NCBI GenBank assembly: GCA_014729135.1
Contig: WJKK01000001.1
Location: 128,593 to 192,592 of the forward strand
Length of the DNA stretch: 64,000 nt
DNA from: a candidate division WWE3 bacterium
Lineage (GTDB): Bacteria; Patescibacteriota; WWE3; UBA101185; UBA10185
Direction of reading: 5' to 3'
The translations under genes were made by a program, and so were the position numbers. Below, in pieces: positions 7,795 to 15,843 of the stretch (position 1 is its first letter; each line of letters opens with the position of its first letter). Under the pieces are notes generated by a model. That model did no database searches. It had not been told where the DNA came from and was given only the letters and a program-made list of their open reading frames with translations.

Positions 7795-9139
7795 CTCTTG
7801 TTAGATAAAAATTCAATGTCATCCAAATTAAACAAATAAATATTAGAATGCTACCTAAAGTATCTGTTTCCTGCCCTCTTTAGGAAGGATCTCTATGAAT
7901 GATTTTGATATGAATTTAACTCAAAAAATGGCTAAAAATTACAAAAAAGCTGCCAAAAAGGACAAGTCCAAAATCTTGGATGATTACTGCAAATTAACTC
8001 AGGTTAAGCGTAATACTGCCGTAAAACGCTTTAGAAGAAAAATACGTAAACCTTATCCTAAGGCTTTACCTATAAAACCAAAGAAAAGGGGTAGAAAGAA
8101 AAAGTACTCTCAAATCCACAAATTACTTATTCAAAATATTTGGGATCTGGCAGATCAAATCTGTGCAGAACGTCTCTACCCTTGCCTGCCTCTATATGTA
8201 GAACAACTACATAAATCAGAAAAACTTAATGGATTCCCTCAAGAAGTTATTGATTGTGTCTTAAATATCCCCCTAGGTACACTTAAATACTTCATCGCAG
8301 ATTTCCCTAAACCTACTTACAAAAAGAAACGTAAGGGCAATAAAGATCTGTATAAACAAATCCCTATAAAAGCTAACTTCGGAAAACACTCTAATAAACC
8401 CGGTTTTGTGGAAGTTGATTATGTAGAGCATAATCAAGGAAGTAACGGTACCTGGGCTATCTCAGGCTGTTACAACGATATCTTCTCAGGATGGATTACA
8501 AGAGCTGCCGGTATGGGTAAATCTTATGAATCCGTTAAAGCCATCCATAAAAAGTGTATGAATGGCTTTTTTCATAAAATAATAGAACTTCATCCCGATA
8601 ATATGCTTTCCACCCTTAAACTACTACTTGAAGACATGATTACAAAAGAAAACCCAACAGGCCTCTTTTATGTCTCAAGATCAAGACCGTATGAAAGTAA
8701 TGATAATGCCCATGTTGAACAAAAAAACGGTGACAAAATAAGACGTCTTGTTGGTTACCATCGCTACGGCACCAAAGAACAACTAAACCTCCTAAATAAA
8801 CTCTATTCAGTTAGTGACCTCTATGATAACTTCTTTATTCCCTCTGCAAAACTAAAAGAAAAAATTATGGATACTAATGGTCGCGTTATTAAAAGAAAAC
8901 ATGATAAACCTAAAACACCTTTCCAACGCCTCCTGGAAAGTGAAGATATTTCCCCAATAGTGAAAAATAACCTTAAAACTGCCTGTGCTAAACTAAACAT
9001 GGTTGATCTAAAAGCTCAAAGAGATAAACTTGTGCAAAAACTAACGAAGACTGTATTAAATTAGATGACAAAATTTTTATCTAACAAGGGGTAAAAAAAG
9101 GGCATTTGGATGACATCGAATTTTTATCTAATACGAGTC
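7795..9139 (+). mobile_element. insertion sequence (about 1.35 kb) with about 30-bp terminal inverted repeats, inserted between tRNA-Arg and tRNA-Ala
   Basis: Left end is CTTGTTAGATAAAAATTCAATGTCATCCAA (7797-7826). Right end is TTGGATGACATCGAATTTTTATCTAATACGAG (9106-9137), the reverse complement with 3 mismatches. A second subterminal copy GATGACAAAATTTTTATCTAACAAG lies at 9065-9090. The element encloses a single transposase ORF. Confidence 0.6.
7895..9064 (+). CDS. DDE transposase (rve/integrase-type catalytic core; IS30/IS481-like)
   Basis: 389 aa. The basic N-terminus is a putative HTH. Candidate catalytic residues are FVEVDYVEH (D1), HPDNMLS (D2) and SRPYESNDNAHVEQKNGDKIRRL (E region, resembling the integrase-core motif RPY..P..NG.vER). 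Confidence 0.65.
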   Translation: MNDFDMNLTQKMAKNYKKAAKKDKSKILDDYCKLTQVKRNTAVKRFRRKIRKPYPKALPIKPKKRGRKKKYSQIHKLLIQNIWDLADQICAERLYPCLPLYVEQLHKSEKLNGFPQEVIDCVLNIPLGTLKYFIADFPKPTYKKKRKGNKDLYKQIPIKANFGKHSNKPGFVEVDYVEHNQGSNGTWAISGCYNDIFSGWITRAAGMGKSYESVKAIHKKCMNGFFHKIIELHPDNMLSTLKLLLEDMITKENPTGLFYVSRSRPYESNDNAHVEQKNGDKIRRLVGYHRYGTKEQLNLLNKLYSVSDLYDNFFIPSAKLKEKIMDTNGRVIKRKHDKPKTPFQRLLESEDISPIVKNNLKTACAKLNMVDLKAQRDKLVQKLTKTVLN

Positions 9140-9228
9140 GCTTCCTGCGACTTGTTAGGTATAACAAAAAGCTCACTCATGCTCGCTTTTTGTTAAACCT
9201 TAAAGGTTTTCTTACGAAAACACTTTAA

Positions 9229-9305
9229 GGGCCGTTAGCTCAGATGGCTAGAGCACTACATTCGCATTGTAGAGGTCGTGGGTTCGAATCCCGCACGGTC
9301 CACCA
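9229..9305 (+). tRNA. tRNA-Ala (anticodon CGC)
   Basis: Acceptor GGGCCGT/ACGGTCC with a G3-U70 pair. Anticodon loop TTCGCAT. T-loop TTCGAAT. CCA is encoded. Confidence 0.85.
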
Positions 9306-9320
9306 TGCTAAAATTAAGAC

Positions 9321-10352
9321 ATGCCTAAAATGAAACCAGCAGCACACCAGGAACGACCAAAACCAATAGAAACACAAAGAGATGACCCCTTAGCAAGGAT
9401 TCGAGAAGAAATCCCACCTTACCGCGAAACTTCAGGCTTAGAAAAAGAACCTTATGGATTACATCCGGATGACGCTCACTTAGGGCGCTATCTAGCTTTA
9501 AAAACACACGTAGCTACTAAAGAGCGAAGCCCTGAAGGCTGGGATGTGTACATAAACAACAATGCAAATTTTAGACTACCTGAAGAGTGGTTCCAAAGCA
9601 ACGCGGAAAGAGAAGAAACAGAACTGGAAACTCTCTCTAAAAGAACCACACATTTTCTAGCAAAACTAGGAAAAAACCGAGGAGGCTCTCTAACAGAATT
9701 TACCCAAGCCTGTCTCAAAGACGCTCAAAGACAAGAAGCCCTGGCCAGACTGTTACAGGCCTTCCCTAAGATAAGCCTAAACATCGCAACAGAGTACATT
9801 CCATTTGCACTTGACCGCCTTTCAGCAGCTCTTGACGAAGATGCAGAATTAGCAATTTTAATAGCTGAGGGAGAAATTGAGGCCTTAGGTAAAAACATGG
9901 GGGTACTTACACCGGGAATAGTCCTGAAACCAGAGGGAGGAAGAAAAGAGGCGGCTCTTTTAGCGCATAAAATGGAAGCGCTATTTCAAGATTGTGCAGA
10001 AGAGATAAGAGGAGGATCTCTTCCAAGGGAAACCGGGAATTTAGTACTTGTAGAAACAGGTAGAAAATCTCTCGAAAAAACCTTACTAGCAAATGCCCCC
10101 GGCGTTGTAGAAAAGGCTGCGGCAGAACCGCCCCCGCATCTTTCGGAAGCATGGACACGTGCCCCCGAGCAAGTTGAAGAATATCCCCTTGAACAGTTGG
10201 AAAAGGACATACAGCTCCTGGAAAAATTCGAAGAGAATTACGACCCAAAGGAGATACGGAATCAGTGGAGGGAAGCCCTGGAAGAAAAACCATATCCGGA
10301 ACAAAGGCGAGAGGCCGTTGAAAAACTCCTGTATGGAGAAGAAAAAAGCTAA
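9321..10352 (+). CDS. hypothetical charged (E/K/R-rich) protein; possible cargo of an integrative element
   Basis: 343-aa ORF starting 16 nt after tRNA-Ala. Local GC is higher than in neighbouring genes, which is why many spurious antisense ORFs are called here. No family recognised. Confidence 0.45.
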   Translation: MPKMKPAAHQERPKPIETQRDDPLARIREEIPPYRETSGLEKEPYGLHPDDAHLGRYLALKTHVATKERSPEGWDVYINNNANFRLPEEWFQSNAEREETELETLSKRTTHFLAKLGKNRGGSLTEFTQACLKDAQRQEALARLLQAFPKISLNIATEYIPFALDRLSAALDEDAELAILIAEGEIEALGKNMGVLTPGIVLKPEGGRKEAALLAHKMEALFQDCAEEIRGGSLPRETGNLVLVETGRKSLEKTLLANAPGVVEKAAAEPPPHLSEAWTRAPEQVEEYPLEQLEKDIQLLEKFEENYDPKEIRNQWREALEEKPYPEQRREAVEKLLYGEEKS

Positions 10353-10394
10353 AGCGCTTTCAAATCCCCAAACAACCCCCTATACTATAAATAC

Positions 10395-10991
10395 ATGGGA
10401 ATATATAGCTTAAAAACAACTCTGGAACGAGAAGAAATAGGTCTCGGCTCCTTCCTAAACCCAAAGCACACAAGAGGCATAGGACGTCCAACAGAAAAAA
10501 GGGCAAGTGCAGAGGACGTGGAAAAAAAACAAGTGCAACTCTCCCCAGAGGCCAAGACACGCTTCAAAACAACAGCCACAGGAACCCTCCTGGAAATACA
10601 CCAACAACATGGCGGAAAACCCCAAGAACAAAGAAGACAAGCGCTAGAAATAAGAAAACAACTTGGAGAATACCTAGGTCCTGAAGAACTCAAAGAAGTT
10701 GCGGCAGGAGCAGCCCTCCTTTTAGCAATACAACAAACAGAAGATTATTCGGGCTATCTTGAAGAGAAAGCAGGAATAGTACTAACAGGAAAATTTGCCT
10801 ATAAAGCTGAACTAAAAACAGAGGAAGGGTCGCAAATGCAAGTACAAAACCTCTCCACGGAAGAAGAACCAACTCTCCAAATAACCCTTGGAGATGAACT
10901 TTTTAACGCAACTACAGGAGAACCCAATGCAAATCTTGGAGAAAAAATAGAAAGAGCCTTGAGGGAGGCGGAAATTACACCAAGAACTTAA
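10395..10991 (+). CDS. hypothetical protein
   Basis: 198-aa ORF. No family recognised. It lies between tRNA-Ala and a tyrosine recombinase. Confidence 0.4.
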   Translation: MGIYSLKTTLEREEIGLGSFLNPKHTRGIGRPTEKRASAEDVEKKQVQLSPEAKTRFKTTATGTLLEIHQQHGGKPQEQRRQALEIRKQLGEYLGPEELKEVAAGAALLLAIQQTEDYSGYLEEKAGIVLTGKFAYKAELKTEEGSQMQVQNLSTEEEPTLQITLGDELFNATTGEPNANLGEKIERALREAEITPRT

Positions 10992-11881
10992 AGCGTAACC
11001 AACTCCACCTTCTGACCACTCTCCTCAACACCGGCATACTCCAAATAACGCTCCGTAGTAGAAACCCTCTTATGCCCCACAACCTTAGAAACATAAGCCA
11101 AACTCACATCATTCTTCAGCTGCTGTGCAATAAACGTATGGCGCAAATCATTCACCGTAGCATCATCAATATCGGCCTTCTCAAAGTAACGATTAATAGT
11201 AGAACGAATATTTCGCACCAACATAGGATTTCCCGTACGCGTAATAAACAAAAATTCACTCTCCTGGTCCTCACGACCCTCATCAATATAACGCTTTATA
11301 GCAGCCTGGGCGATCTCATTCAAAGGAACCGTACGTTCATTTTTAGAACCTCTAGCAGGAATATATAAGTAAGGATCCTTACCTTCCGTGGAAGCAGTTT
11401 TTTCAGTATCCATGTGGAGGTGTGCCAGCTTTATACCGGCAATTTCAGAAATAGAAATTCCTGTTTGCAAAAAGACCTCTATTAAAGCATAAGTGCGCAA
11501 ATCGCCACGAGCCACATCCCTTAAAGCGCGATACTCCAGTGCGGACAAAATTCTAGGAGGGGACACCTTAACCTCAGGATGCTCCAGCCGAGAGGCAGGA
11601 TCATCACTCACATATCTTTTAGTATCAAGGAAGGAAAAGAAAGTCTTTGTAGAGTTAGTCTTTCGAGAAATAGTCTTATTGGTATAGCCCTTCTCCGCAA
11701 AGTGCTCCATGAAATCCTCCAAATCCTCCAGAGAGACATCATTAGGATCAGTAATCCCATTTTTCTCCATAAAATTAGCCAATTGCTCAATATCCTTGCT
11801 GTAAGCAATTAGAGTAGAGTTTGCTCTTCCAAGCTCCTCCAAATATTTAACAAATTGTTTTCTAGCTTCTTTTAGATTCAT
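10988..11881 (-). CDS. tyrosine recombinase / integrase (XerC/XerD-like)
   Basis: 297 aa. N-terminal SAM-like core-binding domain. C-terminal catalytic motifs ARGSKNER...LRHTFIAQQL...VGHKRVSTTERYL (R..H-x-x-R..H..Y). Confidence 0.8.
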   Translation of the reverse strand: MNLKEARKQFVKYLEELGRANSTLIAYSKDIEQLANFMEKNGITDPNDVSLEDLEDFMEHFAEKGYTNKTISRKTNSTKTFFSFLDTKRYVSDDPASRLEHPEVKVSPPRILSALEYRALRDVARGDLRTYALIEVFLQTGISISEIAGIKLAHLHMDTEKTASTEGKDPYLYIPARGSKNERTVPLNEIAQAAIKRYIDEGREDQESEFLFITRTGNPMLVRNIRSTINRYFEKADIDDATVNDLRHTFIAQQLKNDVSLAYVSKVVGHKRVSTTERYLEYAGVEESGQKVELVTL

Positions 11882-11946
11882 TATTTTTATCGTATTCTAA
11901 GGCAGAAATTAGTAACATAAACTTATCCTATAGACTACCATAACAC

Positions 11947-12351
11947 TTGTATTCCGTCAACTCTTTACTTACAATGACACTGATGCACATTACTGCCCGA
12001 CTAAAGTATATCCTTTTAACTATCCTGTTTATTGCGGGTTCGGTTAACATGATTTCCACTACAAAAAAGGTGATAAAGAGTAGTAAACGCCTTAATGAGG
12101 CGGAGGAGAATGTTTTGTCTTTAAAGGAGGAGCAGCGGGGGCTTTTGGAGGAGATTAAGTATAAGGAGACAACGGAGTATGTGGGGGAGGTGGCGCGAGA
12201 TCAGTTGGGTTTGATTAAGCCGGGTGAGGAGGTTTATATTTATCCTGATACTGAAGGGGATTTTGAGGGGGCGGTCTCTATGGAGGGGTCTTGGCGGCGT
12301 TCTGAGGAGTTGGCTCCTTGGCGGCAGTGGGTGAAGTTGGTTTTTTGGTAA
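11947..12351 (+). CDS. septum formation initiator family protein (FtsB/DivIC-like)
   Basis: N-terminal TM segment followed by a coiled coil. The motif VARDQLGLIKPGEEVYIY matches the FtsB/DivIC C-terminal signature. Confidence 0.55.
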   Translation: MYSVNSLLTMTLMHITARLKYILLTILFIAGSVNMISTTKKVIKSSKRLNEAEENVLSLKEEQRGLLEEIKYKETTEYVGEVARDQLGLIKPGEEVYIYPDTEGDFEGAVSMEGSWRRSEELAPWRQWVKLVFW

Positions 12352-12395
12352 GGCTAGTGGTTGCTGGCTCTGTTTTTGGTGGTAGTAAAAGGGAG

Positions 12396-12472
12396 TGGTG
12401 CCAACGCCTGGGATCGAACCAGGGACCTGGCGCTTATGAAACGCCCGCTCTTACCGACTGAGCTACGTTGGC
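12396..12472 (-). tRNA. tRNA-Met, elongator (anticodon CAU); tRNA-Ile2 via lysidine cannot be excluded
   Basis: Reverse complement is GCCAACG-TA-GCTC-AGTCGGTAA-GAGC-G-GGCGT-TTCATAA-GCGCC-AGGTC-CCTGG-TTCGATC-CCAGG-CGTTGGC-A-CCA. The 1-72 pair is G-C. Confidence 0.8.
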
Positions 12473-12819
12473 TTACCTGCAGTGCATGAGGGATTATACC
12501 AAGTTTTTGTGGGGATGGTGTGGGTGAGGTGTTGTCATTCCGTGATTGATACGGAATCCGGAAGGACCTTGTGGGTTGCGGAATTGTCATTCCGTGCTTG
12601 ACACGGAATCTGTGTTTCATACGGTGAACACCCCTTAGTTTGCAAAGTTCGCCTTTGGCGAGACTTTGGTTCACAAGTTGAGTACAACTTGTGAGGTAAC
12701 AAATAAAACCTACCTTGTTACCGCAGCTCATCTTTTGCTACGCAAAAGATTCGGGCGCAGCTAAATTCTCCTGTTCAGTCGAATTTACCTGATCCATTCG
12801 GGTCGCTACGCGACACGAA
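12473..12819 (-). repeat. hairpin-module array between the two CAU tRNAs (3' of initiator tRNA), containing reverse-complement copies of modules seen on the + strand elsewhere
   Basis: ATTCCGT-GATTGAT-ACGGAAT. ATTCCGTG-CTTGA-CACGGAAT. GCAAAGTTCGCC-TTTG-GCGAGACTTTG (reverse complement of 14053-14080). TCACAAGTTG-AGTA-CAACTTGTGA (reverse complement of 7652-7675). GGTAACAA...TTGTTACC. ATCTTTTGC-TAC-GCAAAAGAT. GCAGCTAAATTCTCCTGTTCAGTCGAATTTACC (reverse complement of 6578-6611). Confidence 0.5.
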
Positions 12820-12893
12820 TGGTTGCGGGGCCCGGATTCGAACCGGGGTCTTCAGATTATGAGCCTGACGAGGTACCGCTCCTCCACCCCGCG
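12820..12893 (-). tRNA. initiator tRNA-fMet (anticodon CAU)
   Basis: Reverse complement is CGCGGGGTGGAGGAGCGGTACCTCGTCAGGCTCATAATCTGAAGACCCCGGTTCGAATCCGGGCCCCGCAACCA. The acceptor stem is identical to E. coli tRNA-fMet, including the C1-A72 mismatch. The anticodon stem has only two of the three canonical G-C pairs (A29-U41, G30-C40, G31-U39). Confidence 0.85.
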
Positions 12894-12994
12894 CTAAACA
12901 TTGAAAATCGTAACAAAAAAGCTAGACCCTGTCAAAAAAGCAAATTCTTAGAAAAAGGGCGCAGACTTAGACCCATGCTAAAATAAATCCCACT

Positions 12995-13834
12995 ATGCAA
13001 AAAGCCCTACAAAAACTCAAAACCCAAGTTTGTGATTTAAAAAATCCCCAAAAACTACCCGGAAAAAAATTTAAAAGCTTTATAGAGAACACCCAAGTAG
13101 CCTTAATGGCGGGTGGCCAAGGAACACGTTTCCGAGAGGTTTTAGAATCCAAGGAAGTCAATAAAAACGCGCATAAACTACCTAATGGCGAAACCATGAT
13201 TGAACGCACTATTAAAATGTACGCCAAAGCGGGAATTAAAAACTTCATTGCCCTTGTTTACCACAGTTCCAATTCTATAATAGAAAAGTTGGGAAACGGT
13301 GAAAAGTTAGGTGTTGAAATCACTTATAGTCACGACCCGGATCGTCCCGTCGGTAAGGGAGGAGCTGTTCTAAACGCTTTGCAAAACGGCAGTATTGATC
13401 CAACTAAAAACTTAATAGTACACAATCCGGACGATGTGATTGTCAATTTCGAGCAGGATTTCGTAAAACATATAATTTCAGGGCACATACAAAACGTACA
13501 GCAAGGGGCTGAGGCTAGTATTGTAGTGGTAGAAGAAACTCCTTACCCTTTTACCGGAATGAAAATCAAAGAAAACAAAGTGGAGGAAGTGGAAATGTAT
13601 CCCCTGATTCCAATACCTACACACATTGGTGTCACTATCTTTTCACCAGAAGTTTTCAAGTATTTTCCGAAATTATTTGATTTGACAAAAAAGTCCGATT
13701 TTGAAAAAGTACTCTTCCCGATTCTATCAAAAGAAAAAAAGCTCTATGCTGTAAGCATTCCCGGTGACTCCTGGATTGCAGTAAATAACCTTAAAACATA
13801 CAAAAAATTTGTCGAATACCTTCAAAAAAGCTAA
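12995..13834 (+). CDS. sugar-phosphate nucleotidyltransferase (NTP_transferase family)
   Basis: Motif ALMAGGQGTRFRE (LxxGGxGTRL). Overall fold resembles G1P thymidylyl/uridylyl/guanylyltransferases. Confidence 0.7.
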   Translation: MQKALQKLKTQVCDLKNPQKLPGKKFKSFIENTQVALMAGGQGTRFREVLESKEVNKNAHKLPNGETMIERTIKMYAKAGIKNFIALVYHSSNSIIEKLGNGEKLGVEITYSHDPDRPVGKGGAVLNALQNGSIDPTKNLIVHNPDDVIVNFEQDFVKHIISGHIQNVQQGAEASIVVVEETPYPFTGMKIKENKVEEVEMYPLIPIPTHIGVTIFSPEVFKYFPKLFDLTKKSDFEKVLFPILSKEKKLYAVSIPGDSWIAVNNLKTYKKFVEYLQKS

Positions 13835-13890
13835 ATCAATGTTAAAATCATAACTGCTTTTGAATATTTAGAGAGAAAACAAGCAACTTA

Positions 13891-13981
13891 GGAGGGATGC
13901 GAGAGCGGTCAAATCGGCTCGCCTGGAAAGCGACGCGCTGCATAAAGCGGCACGGGGGTTCGAATCCCCCTCCCTCCGCCA
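13891..13981 (+). tRNA. tRNA-Ser (anticodon GGA), class II
   Basis: Acceptor GGAGGGA/TCCCTCC. 3-bp D stem CGA/TCG. Anticodon arm CTCGC-CTGGAAA-GCGAC. Long variable arm. T-arm GGGGG-TTCGAAT-CCCCC. CCA is encoded. Confidence 0.75.
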
Positions 13982-14218
13982 TTAAAGTGCCTAAGGCACT
14001 TTAATGCGCTTGTCAAAATGAAAAAAGGAATAATTTCATTTTGACATGCCTGCAAAGTCTCGCCAAAGACGAACTTTGCATACTAGAAAATTTAGCTGCA
14101 ACGTAAAAGTTCCTGGAACTTTCCGGATCTTCCAAAATTGTAAATTTTGGAAGCACCTTCAAGTGTAGCGAAGCTACCTTGAATAGCTTTTGCGCAACAA
14201 AAGGTGAGCTCCCTAAAC
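13982..14218 (+). repeat. hairpin-module array 3' of tRNA-Ser(GGA), including a near-identical copy of 6597-6727
   Basis: TTAAAGTGCC-TAA-GGCACTTTAA. TGTCAAAATGAAA-N10-TTTCATTTTGACA. GCAAAGTCTCGCC-AAA-GACGAACTTTGC. Then about 130 bp matching 6597-6727 with a few substitutions. The terminal ATCCTGAC-TTTC-GTCAGGAT module is displaced to 14597-14616, beyond ORF 14229-14552. Confidence 0.5.
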
Positions 14219-14228
14219 GAATAAAAAC

Positions 14229-14552
14229 TTATTCAATCCACACAGAATCAATGACATATGTCTTAACGGCTACTCTTAAAGAAGCATCTACTAGAGCCTT
14301 GACTTCTCTTAATAAAACTTCAGCCCAGCCTCGGATCTTATCTCGCCTGGGAGGAGAAGTTTCTCCTCTCAATAAAAGATCTGGAGCATTCTTGGGTACA
14401 GGAGACAACCAAGGCTCGTAACCCACAATAATACTTTCAGGCTGCTTATCTAGCGAAGTCGAAGTAACCTCGATAATTTTATCTGTAAGTTCGTTTTCTA
14501 AATTTCCGGTGAAATCTTCGGAAGCTTTGTACTTTACTATAATTGTAGACAT
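14229..14552 (-). CDS. hypothetical protein embedded within the hairpin repeat element
   Basis: 107-aa ORF with no family recognised. It is flanked at 14088-14218 and 14597-14616 by modules that are contiguous in the other copy (6597-6751). Confidence 0.4.
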   Translation of the reverse strand: MSTIIVKYKASEDFTGNLENELTDKIIEVTSTSLDKQPESIIVGYEPWLSPVPKNAPDLLLRGETSPPRRDKIRGWAEVLLREVKALVDASLRVAVKTYVIDSVWIE

Positions 14553-14670
14553 GTTAACCTCATTATACCTTTATCAAGAGCTTACGCCAACAGCAGGATC
14601 CTGACTTTCGTCAGGATGACAGAAAAATCCCCAAGCAAAAAACCTAATTAGAAATTTCCGACATCAACAG

Positions 14671-15828
14671 CTACTCCCCAAACAAAAACCTCTGCACATA
14701 AGCACGCACCTGAGAATAATCCCCACTCTTAGGCAACAAAACATACTTTCCGCCATATAAACTTGCATCCACCGGAGAATACAAAAGACCCCCCTCCTCC
14801 GCTAAACTACGATCATCCAAAACAATTGTCCTAACCCCTTCAAAATTAATCTCCTGAGACAAAACATAAAAATCCTGCAACGTAGCAAAATCCATATTTG
14901 TAGAAACACTATCCTTGTAAATCCCGTACAACTCCGCTAGCTTTTTAGGATTAATTAATGTCTCCAAAGAAGTAGCCTTATCCTTTAAAGACATGATCAC
15001 CTTTTGCTGGCGAGCAGAACGAGCAAAATCCGTATTTTCCCCATTAGTCCCTTTACGAGAGCGCACAAACTCTAAAGCCGTTTTTCCATCCATTGTTTGG
15101 TTACCTGACTCAAACGAAACATGCTTATAACGACAAGGGAAAATTTGCGCTGTCCCATATTCCGCTTCCACCATCTCCGCAATCTCTTCAGAAGTACGCC
15201 CGCATAAATCCGCCTCCTTACCCTCCACAGGATAATTGTAATCATCAAAAGCAGTTTCCACATTGACCTCTACACCCTCTAAAGCATCAATAACCTCTAC
15301 AAACAAATCGAAATTAACAACGCCATAATAGTGAATTGGAATCCCCAAAACATCCTCCACACTTTCCTGCAAAACTTCTACAGGCTCTTCGTCGGTGTAA
15401 TAGGCGTAGGCATAAACCTCGTTTATCTTGCATTTACCACAAACCTCACTAGAAACCCAAAGATCGCGAGGCAAGGAAATTAAAACAATGTTGTTATCTA
15501 AGCGCCCAATGGAAGCCACCAGAATAGTATCTGCTCTTTCAGGAGAATCTTGATCGTCAGCAGCGCGCCTGTCAGAACCAAGCAACAAAAGATTAGTTCG
15601 CCCGTCGGTTTCCTTTAACTCAACGCCATTAACTGTAGCTACAACTGAAACGGGGTCAAAAAGAGCTTTTACCTGATCACTAAAAAGAAAAATCGATCCT
15701 CCCGCTACTACAAAAAAAACCAGCAAAACCACCAAATATTTCCACACCTTTGTACCCTTTTTTGAAGGATTCTTGCCGGTTTTAGAGGCATGTTTATTCT
15801 TATTTTTCTTTAAATCAGGATAACGCAT
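14671..15828 (-). CDS. LytR-CpsA-Psr (LCP) family cell-envelope phosphotransferase
   Basis: N-terminal TM anchor. LCP core motifs TNLLLLGSDRR...ADTILVASI...LISLPRDLWV. Confidence 0.8.
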   Translation of the reverse strand: MRYPDLKKNKNKHASKTGKNPSKKGTKVWKYLVVLLVFFVVAGGSIFLFSDQVKALFDPVSVVATVNGVELKETDGRTNLLLLGSDRRAADDQDSPERADTILVASIGRLDNNIVLISLPRDLWVSSEVCGKCKINEVYAYAYYTDEEPVEVLQESVEDVLGIPIHYYGVVNFDLFVEVIDALEGVEVNVETAFDDYNYPVEGKEADLCGRTSEEIAEMVEAEYGTAQIFPCRYKHVSFESGNQTMDGKTALEFVRSRKGTNGENTDFARSARQQKVIMSLKDKATSLETLINPKKLAELYGIYKDSVSTNMDFATLQDFYVLSQEINFEGVRTIVLDDRSLAEEGGLLYSPVDASLYGGKYVLLPKSGDYSQVRAYVQRFLFGE

Positions 15829-15843
15829 TTGCTTTAAGTAAAA

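Noticed and set aside
12354-12731. Track ORF 12354..12731(-) 125 aa
   Set aside because: It spans the tRNA-Met gene and the hairpin repeat array. It is a spurious ORF.
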